Source: a virus. Taken from it: 64,000 nt of DNA. Location of the stretch: the IMG/VR virus record IMGVR_UViG_3300030329_003696, positions 32,001 through 96,000 of that record, one strand, 5' to 3'. Made by a program: the position numbers and the translations under genes. The notes beneath the pieces were generated by a model. The model was not told the origin of the DNA. It was given only the letters and a program-made list of their open reading frames with translations, and did no database searches. Shown here one piece after another: positions 48,997 through 57,560 of this stretch (position 1 is its first letter; the number at the start of each line of letters is the position of its first letter).

Positions 48997-49685
48997 TTTA
49001 CGTATACTCCTGCAATAAACTCTTCAACTGATTTTGTGTTTGGATTATTTGTAAAATAATTGTTTGTTGTTGATTTAGCGACGGACTTCTTCTCCCCTAG
49101 ACTAACCAGTGCTGCTATACATTCTTGTATAAGCTCACTATTTTGCTCCACCTTTTGCGTCTTTGGTTTCTTGCTTTTTGGTTTCTTACTATTTGATTTC
49201 TTACTCTTTGATTTCTTAGTCTTTGATTTCTTAGTCTTTATCAATTCAGGTGCGTACATCTCGTAGTATTCAGGTGGATTCCAAGCATTCCCACTGTTTC
49301 CGGCTATATCTACAGCGTCCCAACCAGTACCGTTATATTCTTTAGGTTGGCTTTTCTCTCGTTTGTTTGCTCGTTTTAACTTTTGTATTTCCAGCTTGAG
49401 TCTTTTAACCTCTGAGTCTTGGCTTTTTACAGTACGTCTAGCCGTGGCTTTTTTTGTCCCTAGCGTGCAGTGTGCAGCTAGATACTCTTCATCACCTGTG
49501 GCGACCGCAAACAAGTCTTGATCGTCAATATTTGTTTTTAGGTTAGAGCCTACTGGTTTTACTTTCTCTGGCCCAGCAATCATTCCTATCATGAAGCAAA
49601 CCCCACAAAATGTAGCTATACCAAAAGCCAATAACTCTGCTATCCACTGATATGCCTGTAAATCTGATACGCCATCCATTCCCAT
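48993..49685 (-). CDS. TM protein with Lys-rich repeats and RuvA C-terminal-like domain
   Basis: N-terminal TM; KKSKT pentapeptide repeats; ECIAALVSLGEKKSVA. Confidence 0.6.
   Translation of the reverse strand: MGMDGVSDLQAYQWIAELLAFGIATFCGVCFMIGMIAGPEKVKPVGSNLKTNIDDQDLFAVATGDEEYLAAHCTLGTKKATARRTVKSQDSEVKRLKLEIQKLKRANKREKSQPKEYNGTGWDAVDIAGNSGNAWNPPEYYEMYAPELIKTKKSKTKKSKSKKSNSKKPKSKKPKTQKVEQNSELIQECIAALVSLGEKKSVAKSTTNNYFTNNPNTKSVEEFIAGVYVK
49162..49239. repeat. 15-bp coding tandem repeat, about 5 copies
   Basis: TTTG(A/G)TTTCTTxxxx units encoding KSKTK/KPKSK. Confidence 0.8.
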
Positions 49686-50173
49686 AACTACACACTGCTC
49701 CGCAATTTAAACTAGTTAATTGTAAAAGTTTTTAACTTCTTCTCTTCAGGAAGAACTTCCTCAGTAGACACGTATAACATGCCATCCCTCATAGAAACGT
49801 CCTTCACCTCATGATATTGTCCAAGAGAGAATTTAGTTGTAAACGCCCTCTTTGCGACACCTCTATAATTATACTCTATATCGTCCTGTTTGTCAACCCC
49901 ACTTGAGGAAATTGTCAAAACTTTGTCCTGAATAGTCACAGAAATGTCATCCCTACTGTATCCAGCAAGGGCTAACTGTATCTGTGTACCATCACCATCC
50001 TTAACGATATTGAATGGAGGGAAGTTTGAGCGGTTATTTGTAGAAACAACTTGGCTCAGTAGGTGTTCCCAACCTACGCTACGTCTTAAAAAGTCTTGAA
50101 TTAAAGTTGAGTTTGTCATAATAAACCTCCTTTGTTACCCATTAGGCATAACTTGGGAGCAGTGCGTAGTTAT
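49684..50173. repeat. 18-bp inverted repeat flanking the hsp20 gene
   Basis: 49684-49701 ATAACTACACACTGCTCC and 50156-50173 GGAGCAGTGCGTAGTTAT, 17/18 complementary. Confidence 0.85.
49712..50119 (-). CDS. small heat shock protein Hsp20 (IbpA-like)
   Basis: NFPPFNI, LALAGY, YRGVAKRAF, MRDGML. Confidence 0.92.
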   Translation of the reverse strand: MTNSTLIQDFLRRSVGWEHLLSQVVSTNNRSNFPPFNIVKDGDGTQIQLALAGYSRDDISVTIQDKVLTISSSGVDKQDDIEYNYRGVAKRAFTTKFSLGQYHEVKDVSMRDGMLYVSTEEVLPEEKKLKTFTIN

Positions 50174-50180
50174 AAGAATG

Positions 50181-50217
50181 AAAAAGCCCCGCCAAGCCAT
50201 TGAGACTCGACGAGGCT
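50181..50217 (-). terminator. intrinsic terminator downstream of ssb
   Basis: AGCCTCGTCGAGT..GCTTGGCGGGGCT + TTTTT (G-U pairs on minus strand). Confidence 0.65.
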
Positions 50218-50281
50218 ACTCGGTCGCTATAATTATCCGTTTTCATCGTCCTTAACGGTGGTACCGAGTCACGAATACTAA

Positions 50282-50638
50282 TTAAAACGGAGAACTTCCA
50301 TCTTCACTAGTGGTTCGCTTAGTAATTGTAGATGGATCGGGGCCAAGAGAAATCTCATCAGCCATGATGCAAACAGAACTTCTTTTGTTCTGGTTTTCAT
50401 CTTCATAATCATCAATCTTCAGCTTTCCAGTGATAGAAACGAGTCTACCTTTGAGCAGCATAGGATTGAGGCTTTCTGCCATCTTACCAAAACAAAGCAC
50501 ATTGATAAACAAAGTGTCGTCCATTCTACGGTCATTCACCGCCAAGCGGAACTTGGACATCGGTGTGCCCTTCTTTGTTGTAGTAAATTCTGCGTCTTTT
50601 GTGAGCCTTCCGGCTCCGTTCCAACTATTCTGATTCAT
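50282..50638 (-). CDS. ssb: single-stranded DNA-binding protein
   Basis: GRLTKDAE, FRLAVN, FGKMAE, KGRLVSITG, tail EDGSSPF. Confidence 0.9.
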   Translation of the reverse strand: MNQNSWNGAGRLTKDAEFTTTKKGTPMSKFRLAVNDRRMDDTLFINVLCFGKMAESLNPMLLKGRLVSITGKLKIDDYEDENQNKRSSVCIMADEISLGPDPSTITKRTTSEDGSSPF

Positions 50639-50639
50639 A

Positions 50640-50951
50640 TTAAACTCCTAAAGCTGATCGAACCTTTCCACGTACTACCTGAGTATTGCCACGATTTGAA
50701 ACGCTCGTAACCGCGTCATATACATGAGATGTAAATCCAGTATTGAGACCTAAAACTTTTCCAGCACGAAGTGTCTCACGCTTATTTGTGCCGTAAACAG
50801 TGCCAGTAGTCTTGTAGGCTACCGCTGTCACGGGGTTTACGGCTTCGCCTCGGTACTGACCACCAGTAATCTCACCAACCAGCGAGCCTTCCTGATTGAA
50901 ATAGCTCTTAGGCAATTTTGCTAGTGCTTTGTAAAACTCATTACTTTCCAT
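50640..50951 (-). CDS. hypothetical protein
   Basis: ORF with RBS. Confidence 0.65.
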   Translation of the reverse strand: MESNEFYKALAKLPKSYFNQEGSLVGEITGGQYRGEAVNPVTAVAYKTTGTVYGTNKRETLRAGKVLGLNTGFTSHVYDAVTSVSNRGNTQVVRGKVRSALGV

Positions 50952-51153
50952 AATTATCTCCTAAAAAGGTTTGACTTTGTGGAATTGGTGATTCCACTTG
51001 AATATCTTCTTCCAAAGTTTTCTTCCCCTCATCCAAATAGCTAGCCAGTCTAGCTATGTCTTGGTCGATGGCAGCTTTACGCTCATTGAGTTGTTGTATC
51101 TCTCTCTGAACATTAAGCAGGTGTGCCTCAGCCATTTCTTTTAAAGTTGCCAT
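50941..51153 (-). CDS. small coiled-coil protein
   Basis: start MATLKE with AAGGAG RBS. Confidence 0.6.
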   Translation of the reverse strand: MATLKEMAEAHLLNVQREIQQLNERKAAIDQDIARLASYLDEGKKTLEEDIQVESPIPQSQTFLGDNYGK

Positions 51154-51183
51154 TAAAAATCTCCTTTGTTTCGGTTTACTTAT

Positions 51184-51212
51184 ATTATAGTCCACTTCGG
51201 CCTAAAAGTCAA
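51184..51212 (-). promoter_or_regulatory. sigma70-type promoter for ssb operon
   Basis: TTGACT-17-TATAAT. Confidence 0.7.
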
Positions 51213-51754
51213 TCGGGTTCTTCGGTTTTTTTGAAAGTTTCTAAAATACATTCCAAGACATCGGTATCTAGCGACAACTTTGGTATGTACTTTAACTCCA
51301 ACTTACCCTTTAGTAATCTGAGAATTGTGTCATATTTTTTGGAATAGATTTCCATCTTGGGTGATGAGATGTCTGAGAATAAAATCCTTTTAATTCCACA
51401 TTGGTGAAGCATTTGGACGCAGGACAGACAGGGAACTGCTGTCACGTAGCAATCAGAATCAACTGTTGAGACACCATTCTTGGCGGCATTGTAGACTGCA
51501 TTAGCTTCGGCATGAATCATAAACGGATATTTTTCAGGTCTCTCTCTCGGTAAAATGGAGTCGTCTATACCAGAGATAAAGCCGTTGTAGCCAGTTGAAA
51601 TAATCCTTTTGTCTTTAACTAGCACTGCTCCACACTGTGTTTGTGAATCGTGGCTTCTTTTAGACCATAATGCAGCACTCAAGAGAAACGAAGTCTCCCA
51701 ACTGGTCGGCTCTTGACTCTGCAAGATTAGCTTAGACAAAACCCTGTTTATCAT
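51209..51754 (-). CDS. dCMP deaminase
   Basis: STGYNG, HAEANA, PCLSC. Confidence 0.9.
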   Translation of the reverse strand: MINRVLSKLILQSQEPTSWETSFLLSAALWSKRSHDSQTQCGAVLVKDKRIISTGYNGFISGIDDSILPRERPEKYPFMIHAEANAVYNAAKNGVSTVDSDCYVTAVPCLSCVQMLHQCGIKRILFSDISSPKMEIYSKKYDTILRLLKGKLELKYIPKLSLDTDVLECILETFKKTEEPD

Positions 51755-51759
51755 AGGTA

Positions 51760-52185
51760 CTACTCTTCATCTTTGTTTTTGGGAAAAAGTTTTTTAACTA
51801 TCTTGGGTATGGACTGCTTCATTTTTTTACCCTCCTCGGTGAGTTCGTAGTAAAAATTTCCATCTTCACCGACCAACTGGTCAATTAGCCCTTCCCCCAT
51901 TAGCTTTATTATCACTTCGGTAACGCTTTGCTCTAAGGCGTTATTGGACTTTTCTAAAAATGTTAAGATGTGTGGTTTCTCATTAAGGTCAAACTCTAAG
52001 ACATCATAAGCTACATCTATATTTTTTTTAGGTTGGTCTAGGTCTTCTAGTTTAACCGCATAGTTTAATGCTATATCTAAATCGTTAAAAGCACCAATCG
52101 GTTCTACTGAGTAGGAGTTTCCAAATAGCTTATCAATAGATATTTCCACGCAGACTAGAACGTAAATGGTTGAGGGTTTTGACAT
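51760..52185 (-). CDS. hypothetical protein (possible C-terminal wHTH)
   Basis: LMGEGLI..YYELTEEG. Confidence 0.55.
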   Translation of the reverse strand: MSKPSTIYVLVCVEISIDKLFGNSYSVEPIGAFNDLDIALNYAVKLEDLDQPKKNIDVAYDVLEFDLNEKPHILTFLEKSNNALEQSVTEVIIKLMGEGLIDQLVGEDGNFYYELTEEGKKMKQSIPKIVKKLFPKNKDEE

Positions 52186-52187
52186 CT

Positions 52188-52403
52188 TTAATCATCTCCG
52201 TATACGCCTCTAAGCCACTCTATAGTTTCTAGCCTATCATTAGCATCTACTAAATTGTTTAAGGACTCATTTAGGTTAGAAAGGAAGTCTGACGTTGAGT
52301 GATCGCCAATCCCGACTGCCTTTTCTAGTAATAAATCAAACGCTAGTAACGCTGCTTGCTGATCCGACTCCGCTTTTTTTTGTAGGTAGTTTAACGCCTT
52401 CAT
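52188..52403 (-). CDS. small phage hypothetical protein
   Basis: AVGIGDH motif. Confidence 0.6.
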   Translation of the reverse strand: MKALNYLQKKAESDQQAALLAFDLLLEKAVGIGDHSTSDFLSNLNESLNNLVDANDRLETIEWLRGVYGDD

Positions 52404-52639
52404 TTATATCTCCTGCTTGAATATCTATTTGGGTCAGCGAGACCGCTGTCTAACTTTTTCTTTTCGGTTATATAATAACCATTGTCATCTTGACATAATA
52501 CCTGATCTTCGGAGAGGGTTACATCTCGCCCTCCAATTTGCACTTCCGAATGATCTACTACCATTGAAGCGTGTGAACCAAACCAAGTGGGTGTAGTTAT
52601 ACTGCTTCCTGTTTGATGTCTCGTTCTGTTTCTTGCCAT
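52400..52639 (-). CDS. hypothetical protein
   Basis: start MARNR with GGAG RBS. Confidence 0.6.
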   Translation of the reverse strand: MARNRTRHQTGSSITTPTWFGSHASMVVDHSEVQIGGRDVTLSEDQVLCQDDNGYYITEKKKLDSGLADPNRYSSRRYK

Positions 52640-52640
52640 T

Positions 52641-52955
52641 TTAATCTCCATAGGGCCAAATTTTGGCCAGTTCATCAGTTACACCTTGAATATGTACGAT
52701 CCAACGACCGTACTTCCCCGTCTTCTCTGTCCTAATTATTATCTTGCCCTCGTAAGGAAAGGATGCCGCAGCTTTGTTTAGCAGCTCTCTACATTTTTGG
52801 GTAGCAAGTAGGAAATCAGGTTGCCCTCGTTCAGGCGTGTCAACGCCAGCAAGCCTAGTCCGTATTTTCATACCAACACTGAAACCTAGATCAACATAAA
52901 AGTCAACCGTATCCCCATCAACTACTCTATCAACTATAGCTTTATATTCATACAT
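52641..52955 (-). CDS. thermonuclease (SNase-like)
   Basis: RVVDGDTVD, RLAGVDTPE, GKYGRW. Confidence 0.88.
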   Translation of the reverse strand: MYEYKAIVDRVVDGDTVDFYVDLGFSVGMKIRTRLAGVDTPERGQPDFLLATQKCRELLNKAAASFPYEGKIIIRTEKTGKYGRWIVHIQGVTDELAKIWPYGD

Positions 52956-53239
52956 TAGAACATGATCCCATAATATAAGTATCCATTGTTACAAACTACA
53001 AGCATCATAGCTATGTCTAGGATACATAGAAACTCATTGGTTATTTTCTCTCTAAAATAGTACAATGCTGCACAAACAGCTATCTTTTGAACCCAAAGCC
53101 CATATGGTACTAGGAGCATGAAGATCGCTACCGGCCCAATCTCTTGATATATGGGCCATTTTGTTATTTCGTATGTAAATATATTATCTATTACACATAA
53201 AAAAACAAATAAGACCGACAGTACTATCCTAGCCGACAT
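52955..53239 (-). CDS. multi-TM membrane protein (DUF5658-like)
   Basis: three hydrophobic helices, D..T..E.P pattern. Confidence 0.55.
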   Translation of the reverse strand: MSARIVLSVLFVFLCVIDNIFTYEITKWPIYQEIGPVAIFMLLVPYGLWVQKIAVCAALYYFREKITNEFLCILDIAMMLVVCNNGYLYYGIMF

Positions 53240-53910
53240 TGAATTGCCTCCAACGTGTGTTTAAACGGTTCTCCCTCAATGCTCTCAACTAAATCCCACA
53301 TCGACTGTGCGATCTCTCTAATCTCTTTTTGTGCGTGTTCGCTATTTCTTAGCTTTATAAAGTTAGCAAAACTACGCATGTTAAACATAATGTCTGCCTG
53401 AATCTGGCTGTTGTAGGTCTTGAAGAAGCGGGCGGATTCCTTCGCCCTCTTTCTGCCCAATGTAGGTTCAATATCTTCCACGCACTGGTGATACAATAAA
53501 TTTCCTAGCTCTGTATATCTTCTTAAGATCGTAGTCCACTTTTGGTGCTTCTCCCCATTCCCGTCTATACGAAGGTTAGGATTGGAGTTTCTAATTTCAG
53601 TCCAGTCTTCAGGGAGGTAATACTTATCTTCTTTTAATTCTTTATAGCGGGCTGATTCAGCATTAAGAGAGCTAATCCTATGTTTAAGGAGATGGATATG
53701 AGAAGCAATCTCACAATCCACCAAGAAGTGCACAACACCCTTCTCAAAAGGAGTTTCGTGTCCTTCCCTCCACAACATGCTAATGAGCTTTCCAATTCTA
53801 CTTCTTTTTTCATTTGTTAAATCTCTTGATGTAGATGTCCATGCGGAGCAGGCGATAACTTCGTCTGATCCATAATATCCTAATAAATCCACCTTGTTAT
53901 TCAAAGTCAA
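53224..53910 (-). CDS. thyX: FAD-dependent thymidylate synthase
   Basis: GHETPFE, LLKHR..NAESARY, KESAR, NMRS..F..LR..HAQKEIR. Confidence 0.92.
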   Translation of the reverse strand: MTLNNKVDLLGYYGSDEVIACSAWTSTSRDLTNEKRSRIGKLISMLWREGHETPFEKGVVHFLVDCEIASHIHLLKHRISSLNAESARYKELKEDKYYLPEDWTEIRNSNPNLRIDGNGEKHQKWTTILRRYTELGNLLYHQCVEDIEPTLGRKRAKESARFFKTYNSQIQADIMFNMRSFANFIKLRNSEHAQKEIREIAQSMWDLVESIEGEPFKHTLEAIQCRLG

Positions 53911-54325
53911 TCCTCATACAGTTTTCATGGTGAATAAATCCACAGGATTCATAGAATGGTATATTTTCTTTTGAGCAGTCTAGTATAGCTTTGTAACAAA
54001 ATCTTTCTTTACAGAAATCTATACATGCGTTGATAAGCCCTCTGCCCACACCAGATAGCCTTGATTTGCTGTCAACTACCACATCTTCAATATGTCCAAC
54101 CTTAGAACCGCAGTGAAGTAGTTTGTTCTCTATTAGAACCGTTGCTGTTCCTACTATGTTGTCGCTACCCTCAAAGACAAAGGTTTGGTGGTCGTCGTTA
54201 TCTTCGTATTTCAACCAAAATGTCATCGCGGTTTGCCATTTAATATGTTTGTTTTTTCCGCTGAGTTGGCAGAGCAACTCCATGTAATCATCATTAATAT
54301 CTAGTAACTCTAGACCTCTAATCAT
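53897..54325 (-). CDS. glucosamine-6-phosphate N-acetyltransferase (GNA1-like GNAT)
   Basis: LIENKLLH..GHIEDVVV..YKAILDC..FYESCGF. Confidence 0.82.
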   Translation of the reverse strand: MIRGLELLDINDDYMELLCQLSGKNKHIKWQTAMTFWLKYEDNDDHQTFVFEGSDNIVGTATVLIENKLLHCGSKVGHIEDVVVDSKSRLSGVGRGLINACIDFCKERFCYKAILDCSKENIPFYESCGFIHHENCMRIDFE

Positions 54326-54758
54326 TCTTTACCTTTTCTAGCAGGGTGCTTGATGATTCGGTTTTACCTCCACCAATATTGTAGAAGGTTGTTATACCGT
54401 TTCTAGAACAATATTCTTCTTCGGGGGTGTTACCCGCAACTCTATCGCCTCCATTCATAAACACAAATGAGGTCACAAACGGGTCATCTCTATTCCAGTT
54501 GTAAATCCACTCTATACTCTTAACCACTGTTCCGTCATCGTCTTTAGCAATCAATCCCCTATCTACGGGTTTTAGTGCTTTCACGATTCTTAACCTACTC
54601 TCCTCGTCCATAAAACGCTCACTACCTTTAATGTCTACTTGTTTATCACTGTTTACTATAACATACAGTAGGTCACAAGCATTTTTTGCTCCCTCAATAT
54701 AATCTAAATGTCCTGTGTGGACGGGGTTAAAGTACCCCGATACAATTCCTACTATCAT
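54318..54758 (-). CDS. cytidylyl/adenylyltransferase (HxGH family)
   Basis: SGYFNPVHTGH, NGGDR, GGGKTESSS. Confidence 0.85.
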   Translation of the reverse strand: MIVGIVSGYFNPVHTGHLDYIEGAKNACDLLYVIVNSDKQVDIKGSERFMDEESRLRIVKALKPVDRGLIAKDDDGTVVKSIEWIYNWNRDDPFVTSFVFMNGGDRVAGNTPEEEYCSRNGITTFYNIGGGKTESSSTLLEKVKND

Positions 54759-55240
54759 TCCGTTCTCCCGTAGTCGTCCTCTACCCTAACAATATCATCT
54801 TCCCGACAGTCACCAGTTTGCAGTTCTAAAATCACTAATGGTACGTCGCTCTCGTTCGTAATCCTGTGTACCTCAAGTTTGCCTATCTCAACTCTGTCCC
54901 CAGTCTCAACATCCCAAACAGCATTCCCGATCTGCATCTCACCTTTTCCAGAGAGTATGTGCCAAGTCTCCATTCGATTGCGATGTAGTTGTAGGCTAAG
55001 TCTCCGGTCGCGGTTTACAACAATCTTCTTGACCTTGTAGCCCTCTTCGTCTAATAGGTTTTCAAACGAACCCCAAGGTCTTGTCTCCCTCTTCTTGTCT
55101 CCAGAAAAACCACCCAGTCGAATGACATGATCTTCTTTGTCCACCTCCTCTGCAAAGAAAGATGTTTCTCCACAATGGTGACATTCATACGGAACCTTAT
55201 CCACTATTGCTTCACAGCAACTAAGTCTAAGTTGTCTCAA
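54755..55240 (-). CDS. type II phosphomannose isomerase C-terminal cupin
   Basis: RPWG, LSLQLH..ETW, HRI, ELQTG..EDDIVRVEDDYGR. Confidence 0.88.
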   Translation of the reverse strand: MRQLRLSCCEAIVDKVPYECHHCGETSFFAEEVDKEDHVIRLGGFSGDKKRETRPWGSFENLLDEEGYKVKKIVVNRDRRLSLQLHRNRMETWHILSGKGEMQIGNAVWDVETGDRVEIGKLEVHRITNESDVPLVILELQTGDCREDDIVRVEDDYGRTE

Positions 55241-55848
55241 TTCCAATTCTCCTCTACGAACCATTCGCTAAAGTCTTTTTGTTTTAATACAACGCCCGAC
55301 TTACCACCCATATAATTTATCGGTTTAAACAGCGACTTTTCTTTAGCGTTATTGTAAAATTCTTTCACTCTTGGAGACCACATGATACCCCACTTGATTT
55401 GGTCTGCTTTCGACTCAATTAAACGTATGTGTCTCTCAAAGTCGTAGTCTTTAGGCTTACGCATGTCCGTACCACATCTCACAGAATTGTAGATGAAAAG
55501 AATACTTGCCTCTTCTTCTACATATGCTTTTAAATCATTTTCCTTTAGGGTGAACTTACCAGCCGTTGGAACCCATTTAATTTCTAGTGGTTCTTCAGTT
55601 AGTTTTGCATCTAGCCCGACACCTCTAACTGACCCGCTAATTTTATAGTCAGCACCGGCTGTATTCCCCTTTGCGATAAATTCTCCATCGTTACCGCAGC
55701 CATTGTCTGACCAGTCGGAAACATATATGCTTGAACTTTGTTCGAGAACATTAAGCCATTGGTGAAAAAAATATTTCTCTAGCTTCGTGCTGAACTTTAT
55801 GTCTTTCTTAAATGTGTTTACGGTTCTATTATCAAATCTACTTGGCAC
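55237..55848 (-). CDS. hypothetical protein, possible PD-(D/E)XK nuclease
   Basis: E..GADY..LEIK pattern; GTG start with AAGGAG. Confidence 0.5.
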   Translation of the reverse strand: MPSRFDNRTVNTFKKDIKFSTKLEKYFFHQWLNVLEQSSSIYVSDWSDNGCGNDGEFIAKGNTAGADYKISGSVRGVGLDAKLTEEPLEIKWVPTAGKFTLKENDLKAYVEEEASILFIYNSVRCGTDMRKPKDYDFERHIRLIESKADQIKWGIMWSPRVKEFYNNAKEKSLFKPINYMGGKSGVVLKQKDFSEWFVEENWN

Positions 55849-56053
55849 CAAACCACTCCTTAATTCTTTTCCATAGGGATTTCTTGCGTCTAGGCGGCTT
55901 CGCGTTAGCCTCAAACCTTCGACGGCGTAATTCCATTATACTACATCTTTCTATTTTGTCAAGAGTCTCTTTGTGTTTTTCTAGAAAAAACTTTTGTGAT
56001 CTGTAAAATCCGCTATCGGATAATCCTGAGTCTCCTCTTAAATTACTTTTCAT
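55838..56053 (-). CDS. small basic protein
   Basis: coupled ORF. Confidence 0.5.
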   Translation of the reverse strand: MKSNLRGDSGLSDSGFYRSQKFFLEKHKETLDKIERCSIMELRRRRFEANAKPPRRKKSLWKRIKEWFGAK

Positions 56054-56310
56054 TCTTCTGTTCCCATGACATATATTGGGGTGTGTTTGCCAATGTAAGA
56101 CGATATTGTGTTAAATTCAATCCATTCAAGAGCGTCGTTATAAGTCATGCCAGCTTCCACCATGCAGGCTTCCACCATGCTTGCGTAGCAGTATACAACT
56201 CTCTGAGAGTCGTGACCACAGGCAACGCCTATTATAGCATCGTCAAAACCATCGGCAAAGATTAATTCTTCTCCGTAAATATTTGAAAGTTTTTCTCTTA
56301 CACTAGACAT
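56050..56310 (-). CDS. conserved phage protein
   Basis: ADGFDDAIIG..ALEWIEFN..YIG..TP. Confidence 0.75.
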   Translation of the reverse strand: MSSVREKLSNIYGEELIFADGFDDAIIGVACGHDSQRVVYCYASMVEACMVEAGMTYNDALEWIEFNTISSYIGKHTPIYVMGTEE

Positions 56311-57004
56311 AGTAACTATTTATTATGCTCCTTGTATCTTTCCAGCCATCGACTTGGTGGAATTTTTCTGACGCTCTTGAAATGGTGTAGTCGTTTCCTC
56401 CTTTGTGACACTTGTCTCCAAAGAAAATCGTCTCTCCTTTCATGTGTTGTAATACTTGGCTTTTGTCTTTCCCTTTGGGATATATATCTGTGCTAATTTC
56501 TCCACCTACATCGAACTGTAATCTTGGGTATCTAAGAGATAACCATTCTGCATTTTGTTCTCGCTCCTTAGTAAACTTGTCCCACAAGGCATATGCTTTT
56601 CGTTGTTTCTGTGTTGCCGTTCTACCAACCGTAGAGAAGTTTACCATTCCAATACGCTCCTCTATATTTTGCTCGGCCTTACCAAACCAAGGACTCCGCT
56701 CCGCTAGGATTAAAAGGTCAAGTCTTAGGTGTGCCGAGATAACCCATTTTGATTGATATATTAGCGAGTTGCGAATAAATAGCTGGTTTCCACAATTTTG
56801 GTATACTCCATTCATCAGTCTATATAGAGGCAATCCAACCTGTGATATTGTTTTGGGTTTGTCGGAGCCTGTAACTAGGAACACCTCGTCGCCGTTTGAT
56901 TGAACATCTAATACCCATTCCCCAAAAAACCTAGAAAACTCTGGATTAACTGGTTCTCTTGGGTTGGTTAGTGTTCCGTCTACATCAAACAGAAAATGTG
57001 TCAT
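56303..57004 (-). CDS. HAD-IIB phosphomannomutase (eukaryote-type PMM)
   Basis: FDVDGTLT, VTGSD, ERIGMVNFS.VGR, GGEISTDIYPKG, FFGD..GGND. Confidence 0.88.
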   Translation of the reverse strand: MTHFLFDVDGTLTNPREPVNPEFSRFFGEWVLDVQSNGDEVFLVTGSDKPKTISQVGLPLYRLMNGVYQNCGNQLFIRNSLIYQSKWVISAHLRLDLLILAERSPWFGKAEQNIEERIGMVNFSTVGRTATQKQRKAYALWDKFTKEREQNAEWLSLRYPRLQFDVGGEISTDIYPKGKDKSQVLQHMKGETIFFGDKCHKGGNDYTISRASEKFHQVDGWKDTRSIINSYYV

Positions 57005-57186
57005 AGCTTCTTGAATATCTCTACTAAAAAATCTATAAGTAGGGGTTGAAATAAAAAAATAGAAAGGATCACAACAGCAAAGATGAACCCGCCCCAGTCT
57101 GTCTCGTCTTGCTCTCTAACAGTTTCAAGCCAACGGTCGTAGTCCCTTTTGGGATCAGTCTTGGGGGGTTGATACGGGTTCTTCAT
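57001..57186 (-). CDS. small TM protein with NPYQPP motif
   Basis: MKNPYQPP; C-terminal TM. Confidence 0.6.
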   Translation of the reverse strand: MKNPYQPPKTDPKRDYDRWLETVREQDETDWGGFIFAVVILSIFLFQPLLIDFLVEIFKKL

Positions 57187-57445
57187 TTAACTTCTTGAAA
57201 TTGGCGGCAAACTCTTTGAACAATTTGACACCTTCTTCTCTGCTGGCCTGCCTTGCTATTGATTCCATTTCTCTTGGAGCCATCTCAACAAAACTTTCCA
57301 ACATCATGTGAATATCATTGATGTGCTGTTGTTGACCTACGAACGCCGACATTTGCCTGTCTGCCTTCTTTTCTAGTCTATATGACTCCCAGCACAACAC
57401 CCCGAGAAACAATAAGATTACGATGTTAAACTTATTCTCCTTCAT
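57155..57445 (-). CDS. single-TM protein
   Basis: N-terminal TM. Confidence 0.6.
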   Translation of the reverse strand: MKENKFNIVILLFLGVLCWESYRLEKKADRQMSAFVGQQQHINDIHMMLESFVEMAPREMESIARQASREEGVKLFKEFAANFKKLNEEPVSTPQD

Positions 57446-57560
57446 TTTTCTTTCTCCTTTTAATGACCTTATTTTCTTCGTGCGTGAGCAGGAGGAACAT
57501 AAGGGTAGCTACGATTAACTCGATGCTCCATGCCAACAGGCCAGCTATAATTGCGTCCAT
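57432..57560 (-). CDS. 42-aa TM peptide (not in ORF track)
   Basis: MDAIIAGLLAWSIELIVATLMFLLLTHEENKVIKRRKKNEGE fills gap. Confidence 0.5.
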   Translation of the reverse strand: MDAIIAGLLAWSIELIVATLMFLLLTHEENKVIKRRKKNEGE

